Of a stretch of DNA of 17,652 nucleotides, positions 16,508 through 17,652 are shown piece after piece. Each line of letters starts with the position of its first letter. The stretch's first letter is position 1. The translations under genes were made by a program, and so were the position numbers. This DNA is from Candidatus Aenigmatarchaeota archaeon (GTDB lineage Archaea; Aenigmatarchaeota; Aenigmatarchaeia; QMZP01): assembly GCA_039091855.1 (NCBI GenBank), contig JAWCLA010000013.1, forward strand, positions 1 to 17,652, given 5' to 3'. The notes under the pieces are model-generated. The model saw only the letters and a list, made by a program, of their open reading frames with translations, was not told the origin of the DNA and did no database searches.

Positions 16508-16713
16508 GGCTTGTTTCCTCCCGGAAGATTCAAGGGCGACCCTGTTCCAGCAGGAGGCTTTGCCTGACCGCTCAATACCTGCCTGAACCATTCCTGCAAC
16601 CCTTTCAATATGCTTCCTGATTCGCCTCCCCAAATCCCTATCAGAGCCACAAACACAACAAAGGCTATCACAATCAGGACAATCACGACAAGGACTTTTA
16701 TTGTGAATTCCAT
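16504..16713 (-). CDS. Small pilin-like membrane protein lacking a basic leader (69 aa)
   Basis: MEFTIKVLVVIVLIVIAFVVFVALI, then an amphipathic helix and a Pro/Gly tail. GGAGG upstream. Starts 2 nt after the previous stop. Confidence 0.7.
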   Translation of the reverse strand: MEFTIKVLVVIVLIVIAFVVFVALIGIWGGESGSILKGLQEWFRQVLSGQAKPPAGTGSPLNLPGGNKP

Positions 16714-16715
16714 AG

Positions 16716-17651
16716 TTAACCTATTCCTCCATCGGGCCAGTTATGCTGGCTTACAAGCTGGGCGAATCCTAGAAGACAATTGGCTGCTGTGCTGGCTGCC
16801 CATGTCGCAGGATGGGGTATCCTTTTAGCGATGGCGTCTATGGCAAACACGGTTGTTGTTGCCGCAACGCCATTGAACCATGGCTCTACCGCATAACAGT
16901 AGTTAGGGTTATCCTTTGTAGACTTGTAATTTTTGGCATTGACCGTTGTCGCTACGCCTCTTACCCAGCAGTTCCAGTACGAGACGGCGTCTATATCCCC
17001 GTTGGTGTTCTGATCATCGAACACGAAGGCCTTGGCATCTTCGGGTATCCTGTTATCGACTATCTGATTTGGGAATAGCGCAAACTCATCCCATCTTCCA
17101 TCCAGATTGCTATCCTTGAAGAATGCAAGGGAACTCCTTCCAGGATCGCCTGAGAATATCACCATCTCAAATACATTAGGGTAATATTTTTCTACGCCAT
17201 TGAAATAATATTCGTCGTTGTCATTACTTTTGTAACCATCGATCCACTGCCATTTGGTGTCATATAATCTCTCCTTTATCCAGATAATCTCTCCTGCTTC
17301 CAGAGACGAAACACCCTGGATGCCTGTGTCCCTCTTGAACTTTTCATATGCATCTATCTTGTAGACATCAGCGGGATCGATGTAAATGAGGCAAAACTCA
17401 GAGTATTGTTCATTCGTGTTTTCTTTAAAGAGGTTTTCCAAGATATTAACCCCCTTTATCTTGCTGAGGGTTTCAGGGGTCAAGCCCAGGACTTCCACGA
17501 AGTCTGAATAAGAATTGCCGCAAACTATTTGAAGCCCTTGGATTTTCTGTTGTCCGTTATCAAATAAATTCGCCTTGTAGCAGACTAATCTGTCAGGTAT
17601 GCCGGAGCAGTCGCTTCTTTCTATATCCTGCAGATACGCTGTGGAGCTGGC
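16716..17651 (-). CDS. C-terminal part of a larger, probably extracellular protein, 5'-truncated by the window edge
   Basis: The frame is open upstream of GTG 17498 to the window end (ASSTAYLQDIERSDCSGIPDRLVC...). It has Dx[DN]xDG-like loops (DSNLDGRWDE, DQNTNGDIDA) and an Ala-rich hydrophobic C-terminus ending NWPDGGIG. Confidence 0.8.
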   Translation of the reverse strand, partial: ASSTAYLQDIERSDCSGIPDRLVCYKANLFDNGQQKIQGLQIVCGNSYSDFVEVLGLTPETLSKIKGVNILENLFKENTNEQYSEFCLIYIDPADVYKIDAYEKFKRDTGIQGVSSLEAGEIIWIKERLYDTKWQWIDGYKSNDNDEYYFNGVEKYYPNVFEMVIFSGDPGRSSLAFFKDSNLDGRWDEFALFPNQIVDNRIPEDAKAFVFDDQNTNGDIDAVSYWNCWVRGVATTVNAKNYKSTKDNPNYCYAVEPWFNGVAATTTVFAIDAIAKRIPHPATWAASTAANCLLGFAQLVSQHNWPDGGIG

Positions 17652-17652
17652 A

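Noticed and set aside
16388-16633. 81-aa and 62-aa versions of the small pilin ORFs from the ORF track
   Set aside because: They overlap upstream genes extensively. Internal ATGs at 16507 and 16385 give tight coupling and proper leaders.
2716-17078. Remaining short antisense or alternate-frame ORFs (e.g. 2716..3102, 7322..7840, 14907..15302, 16197..16586)
   Set aside because: They overlap better-supported genes and show no recognisable motifs.
16716-17498. GTG 17498 as the start of the last gene
   Set aside because: The frame stays open to the window edge, so the true start is probably outside the window.

Overview
This window is most consistent with an archaeal, probably DPANN-type (small-genome, host-dependent) chromosome. 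That is an inference from a DUF63 gene, a COG2512-like membrane-anchored HTH protein, many class III (archaeal type IV pilin-like) signal peptides, TATA-box promoters and CxDxDGG-repeat secreted proteins. Almost all genes are on the minus strand. The standout is a tightly coupled minus-strand cluster (about 11.2 kb to beyond the window end) of eight genes. Seven are pilin-like, and three of those carry intact bacterial cell-wall hydrolase domains: two SLT lytic transglycosylases and one M23 zinc endopeptidase. Archaea do not make murein, so this looks like a pilus- or surface-displayed peptidoglycan-degrading apparatus aimed at bacteria. Downstream are a pair of paralogous holin-like small membrane proteins (one fused to a winged HTH), an AT-rich two-gene insert (a TraB/ChaN-like protein and a zinc-ribbon/HExxH protein with a 45-bp tandem repeat) and two large membrane proteins. 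The left part holds DUF63, the membrane HTH protein, two Cys-rich secreted proteins (one missing from the ORF track), a Nudix hydrolase and three structured intergenic elements. No pilus ATPase, platform protein or prepilin peptidase is visible in the window. All family calls are by motif recognition, not database search.
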